Assembly: GCA_905331295.1 (NCBI GenBank)
Contig: CAJNYD010000268.1
Coordinates: forward strand, 1-32,328
Reading direction: 5' to 3'
DNA from: Rotaria socialis
Taxonomy: Eukaryota
DNA length: 32,328 nucleotides
Below, piece after piece: positions 27,808-32,328 of the stretch. The position numbers were made by a program, and so were the translations under genes. The stretch's first letter is position 1. Every line of letters starts with the position of its first letter. A model generated the notes under the pieces. It was not told where the DNA came from. It made no database searches and saw only the letters and a program-made list of their open reading frames with translations.

Positions 27808-28093
27808 TTATATTTCTGGTAGGATATCAGTCACTAGAAAACCATGTTCTATGCTATAATATGATGATGGTTGATATTGTTCACAACTCCATTGTGATGT
27901 TGATGATTATGTTATAGGTAGGATCATTTTTAAAAGATCAACATAAGAAGTAAAAGTGCCTGAACAATGTTGATTTACACGCATAACCAAGTCTTCATTC
28001 AAACTAATATGTAAGGAAGAAGAACTCGACGCAAAACATGCTTATAGTTGAATAATAAAAACGATAAATAAATGTTGCAGGTTGTGTTAGTAT
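27808..28093 (-). pseudogene. Dead duplicate of the 92-aa zinc-finger ORF at 29168-29446
   Basis: Aligns end to end with 29168-29446. ATG is changed to ATA, CRFC to YRFY, and MCA to MRV. Net +7 nt of indels. Confidence 0.88.
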
Positions 28094-28982
28094 TCACCTT
28101 TAAAATAAATAGAGATATGATATTGCAAAATCTGAATTTATCTTCATATTGTTTTATTGGTCAATGCGTGTCTCCAATAATATCATTTTCTATCCAAATA
28201 TAATATAATATATAATCAATGCGGAGAAAAATGATCTAATTGACCAAGAATATATTGAATTGCTTATAAAAATTACGGCGATTTTAATGAGTTCCATGTT
28301 AGCAAGGGAATCCCTCGATGTGGCACCTTCGGTTTAGACTTACATTCGGTTCACATTGACAAGAAAATCTTGACGAGGCTAGCACAATACACTGTGAGGT
28401 TGTGTTGTGTGGCACATCGTTACCGTAAAGTTACAATTATTCAGGCGGATATTGCTGAGCTCTGGAAATAGTGGGATTTCACGAGGACCCACAGAATAAA
28501 AATACCTAATCCGAAATGAAAGGGTGAAAGGTCGACGCAAAATTTTGACTCGCAAAGGTTTGGCATTTTCCTGACGATCGAACATCAATGTAAGCGAGAC
28601 AAAGCAGGAATATGGCCGAAAACCTCCTAGTCAACATACTGCTTCCACCTTCAGGTTTCGCCGCTAGTTTCATTTCGTAATCTGATCATACTAATTGATC
28701 TGAGTGTCTAAATGTATTTTGCGGCGTAAAATATTGCCAATTATTATTCCGAAGGTGGTCTGACGATCTCAAGTATTAAAGAGATAGAATCACACAATTC
28801 GATATGGTATTTTGAACTTTAGAGGTTTTTGCTCTTAGGTATGTATATATTTTTTTTTATAGTTTCTTCACCAGGTTGTTTTTAAATTCATGCTTTTGCT
28901 TCGTCACCATTACCCAATGTAGCGTCTTCAACCTACCATTTTCACCTATAGCTTTATCTGATGAATCGCTTTCGATTTGTAT

Positions 28983-29093
28983 TCATCGAGTTGATGATAT
29001 AAATTGTTTAAGACTGTTTTCAATTGCTACAATAAAATTTCTATATCGACTCTTATTTCCTAACATCGCTTTATTATTCAATATTATATTCAT
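28983..29093 (-). pseudogene. Truncated duplicate of Dopey exon 1
   Basis: MNIILNNKAMLGNKSRYRNFIVAIENSLKQFISSTR* versus MSLMLDDEVMLGNDSRYKNFIVAIEKALKHFESSVEW. The conserved Trp codon became TGA and similarity stops there. Confidence 0.9.
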
Positions 29094-29167
29094 GCTTTTT
29101 ATCTAAAACATGTTTGAAAGTAATAACAACAAAACAAAATATTATAGAGAAAAACAAAAACACATAT

Positions 29168-29446
29168 TTATATTTCTGGAAGAATATCAGTTACTAGAAA
29201 GTCACATTCTGGACTGTAATATGGTGACTGTTGATATTGTTCATAAGTCAATTGTGATGTTGACGATGTTGTAGGTAGAATCATTTTTAAAAGATCAACA
29301 TGACCATTAACAATGCCTGAACAATTTTGATTTGCACACATAATCAAGCCTTCATTTAAACTTATGTAATAAAGACGAACTGGATATAAAGCATGATTAG
29401 TTGAATAACAGAAACGACAAACAAATGTTGCAGGTTGTGTTGGCAT
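29168..29446 (-). CDS. Small C4 zinc-finger-like protein (CxxC-x23-CxxxxC), resembling the N-terminal Cys motif of USPL1
   Basis: Intact 92-aa ATG ORF CRFC...YYISLNEGLIMCANQNC. Probable 5'UTR intron 29510-29452 (GTAAG...TTTCAAG). The ORF is preserved while its paralogue decayed. The USPL1 resemblance is from memory, not from a search. Confidence 0.7.
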   Translation of the reverse strand: MPTQPATFVCRFCYSTNHALYPVRLYYISLNEGLIMCANQNCSGIVNGHVDLLKMILPTTSSTSQLTYEQYQQSPYYSPECDFLVTDILPEI

Positions 29447-29510
29447 TCACTCTTGAAATAAATAAAGTTTTAACTGTTCAAACCAAAATACGAAAATATT
29501 TGCTTCTTAC

Positions 29511-29626
29511 TATCTTATTGGTCGATACATTACTCCAATAGTATAATTTCCTATCACAATCAGTCAGTCAGTCAATACGTTGTCCATCAATCATTTATAC
29601 AACTATCGTTCGATAATAAAAACACA
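29511..29626. promoter_or_regulatory. Candidate compact bidirectional promoter
   Basis: Only 180 bp separate the divergent ATGs (29446 and 29627). Contains tandem TCAGTCAGTCAGTCA (initiator-like) at ~29560-29574. Confidence 0.5.
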
Positions 29627-31505
29627 ATGGTGATAACATTGATACCCCCAATTTGGTTAGAGCACAAACTTACTATTAAATTTCTTTTTGAAATTTTCTT
29701 TTTCTTTAAAGGACTGATCGTGATGATTGTTTTCGTTGTCGTACATCATTCTCTGCATTCACACGAAAACATCATTGTCGTGCTTGTGGCGAAACATTTT
29801 GTGCAACATGTTCGTAATTTGTTGTCGATCGATCACATAACTTTGATTATTGCTTTTTTTAAATAGGCTCATCAAAACAATGTCCTTTGCCTGAATATGG
29901 CATTGAAGATGACGTCCGAGCTTGTATAACATGTTATGAGCGTATTCAAGCGTAGGATAACTTATAGAAATATTGATTTTAATAAAAAAAAAAAATCGTT
30001 GTTGTTTTCTTGTAGGACAGGTAGCATACGCCCACAATATTTATCAATAGATAAAGTAAAAGAAAAAAATCAAGATGAAGAAGATGCACTTCAATTAGCA
30101 TTAACATTATCTAGAAGTGAAGCTGAAGAAAAAGAACGTCAAAAAAAATTATTAACTCAAAAATATGCCAATTCAACGAAACAATATCCACAATTTCCAA
30201 TCAGTTCAGCGCCTATAGCCGATGATGATCATCAACAAGTTTATTGGGAAAATCAAACTAAAAATGATCTTATTACTATTAAACCAATAGCAAAAGTAAT
30301 TTAAACAAAAAATTATAACTTTTCAAAATATTATTTTTCCTTATCATAGGATCCACTGGATCCATTTGTACGTGATGATGATATCGATATTTTTGTTAAT
30401 AATGTCAATGAACATATAAGCAATATCAAATTTCGCATGTTAAGTAATCAACAACGTGGAAGAAACATAGCAAATGATACAGCTGTACAATCCGTATTTA
30501 TTATGCTTCAACATATGTATCCTGAATTACATCATTTAATCAAATTACTTGACGATAAACAAGGTTTGACTTATTTATCGATAGCAAAATAAAAAATTTC
30601 TACTTTCTTTTTTCGTTTAGCTTATTATGAAAGTTTACAAGATAAATTAAATCAATTAAAAGATGCAAGAGAAGCCTTAAATGCTTTACGTGAAGATAAT
30701 ATTGAAAATAAAAAACAACAAGCTTTAGAACGCGAAAGACAGCGACAAATACAATTAGCTCTTAAACTTGATGATATGCGTCACAAGAAACAAGTAAATT
30801 CGTTTGCTATAAAAAAAACTAAAAATAAACTCATTTTACCGATTAATCAATAGGCTTATTTGGAATATCAAAGACAACTTCATCTGCACCGTTTGACAGA
30901 ACAAGAAGCAGAAATGCAAGCAAGACTTAACCAGCAACGATATTATATTCAACAACGTGAACAACAAAATCAAGTATTTCAGAACTTTTCCATTGATATT
31001 TTGTTTCCTTGCCGATTTAGTAATGTGAATTCGATTTTTCGCATATGTGGTGTTTCTCGAATATTTAATACTTAGAGAGAGAGAGAGAAAAGGATTCTGT
31101 TTTTTAGTAAACAAATTTCCTGTTGAGAAATAAAAAATACTGACTAATTCTTAGATGTTGTTCTAAGCTAGCAATATATATTTCATTTGTTTGAGACAGT
31201 TTCTAGGATACATGTAAATTGAATATTTTTTTATTAGCTACCATACATTGCACCGGCTCCTGGTAGTTATTATCATCCAGTAGCTCCTCCGTTGTCGATG
31301 ACACGTAAGTTGATACATACAAATGAAACTAAAATACGATATGAAAACTATCTACGTAGAAGTAACAAATGCTCTTCCATCAGTTGGACCAACCGTATTA
31401 CCTCAAAATCAAACTTTTTATTCTCAACAGAATCTTCCACAACATCCACCTGTATCAACACCAATGCCACCCAATAATGAGCAAACATTAATAAAATTTG
31501 ATTAA
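29627..31505 (+). CDS. HGS: Hepatocyte growth factor-regulated tyrosine kinase substrate (HRS/Vps27, ESCRT-0), about 403 aa; exons 29627-29655, 29712-29809, 29867-29951, 30016-30295, 30350-30563, 30621-30793, 30854-30973, 31238-31304, 31360-31505
   Basis: FYVE domain [62 protein letters not shown]. Hrs helical region [42 protein letters not shown]-rich tail and C-terminal clathrin box LIKFD. Splice phases are consistent. Confidence 0.93.
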
Positions 31506-31659
31506 TTTGAACTTATTCGCGTACCTTATTTCTTTTAAATTATCTATTTTCTTTTTTGTGCAAATTTTGCTATTGATTTTCTTTTCCCAATTTTACTCAA
31601 TGAAATATCTCAAATATGTATCTCAGTTGTAAATAAACATTTTTTTCAGAAATAATTTT

Positions 31660-31978
31660 ATGGCTTCGAATCGTCCCCCATTACCAATTTATTCTCATCT
31701 TATAACGCCAGCTCGTCGTACAAATACATTTCAAGGTGGTCAAAGACCATCGAATATAATCAAATTAGCATCATCAACAGTATCACTAAATGAAAATGAT
31801 ACACCACTGAATAAAACACATCTATTTTCTCCAGTTGTTAATTCACAATCGCCTTCATCATCAAACGATCACCTTCTTAAATATGATATTCGAAGATTGC
31901 GTGCTAGTCTAGAACGTAAAGAAGAACAAATTAGTTGGTGGATGGAAAAGTCAAAAAATGATAATGAGAAATTCGAAG
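31660..31978 (+). CDS. First coding exon of an unknown protein (Ser/Pro-rich N-terminus then coiled coil); continues beyond the window
   Basis: 106-codon open frame ending at a G|GTATGC donor. TTTTTTTCAG acceptor 10 nt upstream of the ATG. Confidence 0.7.
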
Positions 31979-32043
31979 GTATGCATTATTATTCGTGAAC
32001 AATGATCGAAGAAGTGTTAAGTAGGCATTTGCATGTTCTCCAT

Positions 32044-32328
32044 CAGGGCTCCTAATGGGATGGGATGGGATGAGTTCCTAATCCCATGGGAAATGTGATT
32101 ATGTTTTTAAAGAAAAATTATTATTCATTTATGTTACACTTGACAATAGGTGAAAAGTGTGAATACTATCATTCTTTTTCTGTACTGGTCATTAACCCAA
32201 CTCCGAGCTCTATTCGAACAATTGAATAAAGAATACGATAAAACATAGAAAACAGAAATAAACATAAATGTTCTTTTTGTTTGAATGTTTTAATAAAATA
32301 TCATCATCTTTTGTTTTATAAATTGTTC
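32044..32328. mobile_element. Left end of a probable hAT-type MITE in an intron
   Basis: CAGGGCTCC terminus followed by (ATGGG)3 repeats and a TCCCATGGGA palindrome. The other end is outside the window. Confidence 0.5.

Noticed and set aside
16560..27822. Plus-strand ORFs at 16560, 22126, 22751, 24406 and 27553
   Set aside because: Antisense shadows of Dopey exons.
28620..28810. Possible retroelement integrase remnant on the minus strand
   Set aside because: Only vague motif resemblance across many stops; cannot be supported without a search.
28876..29106. Plus-strand 76-aa ORF similar to the ORF at 27553
   Set aside because: The shared FSIATIKFLYRL string is only the antisense reading of the duplicated Dopey exon 1.

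Overview
AT-rich eukaryotic DNA with 45-65 bp GT-AG introns and many DNA-transposon relics. It most resembles a bdelloid rotifer, which is an inference from intron size, gene families and TE style. Intact genes: a 2-exon rhodopsin-like GPCR, a 15-exon Dopey/DOP1 gene (minus strand, about 2190 aa, all splice phases consistent), a 92-aa C4 zinc-finger microprotein resembling the USPL1 N-terminal motif, a 9-exon HRS/HGS orthologue that appears to lack its VHS domain, and the first exon of an unknown coiled-coil gene. Broken elements: an intron-containing MULE/FLYWCH transposase, a 2-TM Cys-rich gene, and several non-autonomous TIR elements (hAT-like with 8-bp TSD, Sola-like with ATAT TSD, a FLYWCH-only MULE). 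The most striking structure is at 27.6-29.6 kb. A tightly linked 'zinc-finger ORF + Dopey start' unit was tandemly duplicated and then reciprocally inactivated: one copy keeps the zinc-finger gene, the other keeps Dopey. It lies in a very compact, operon-like cluster head-to-head with HRS.
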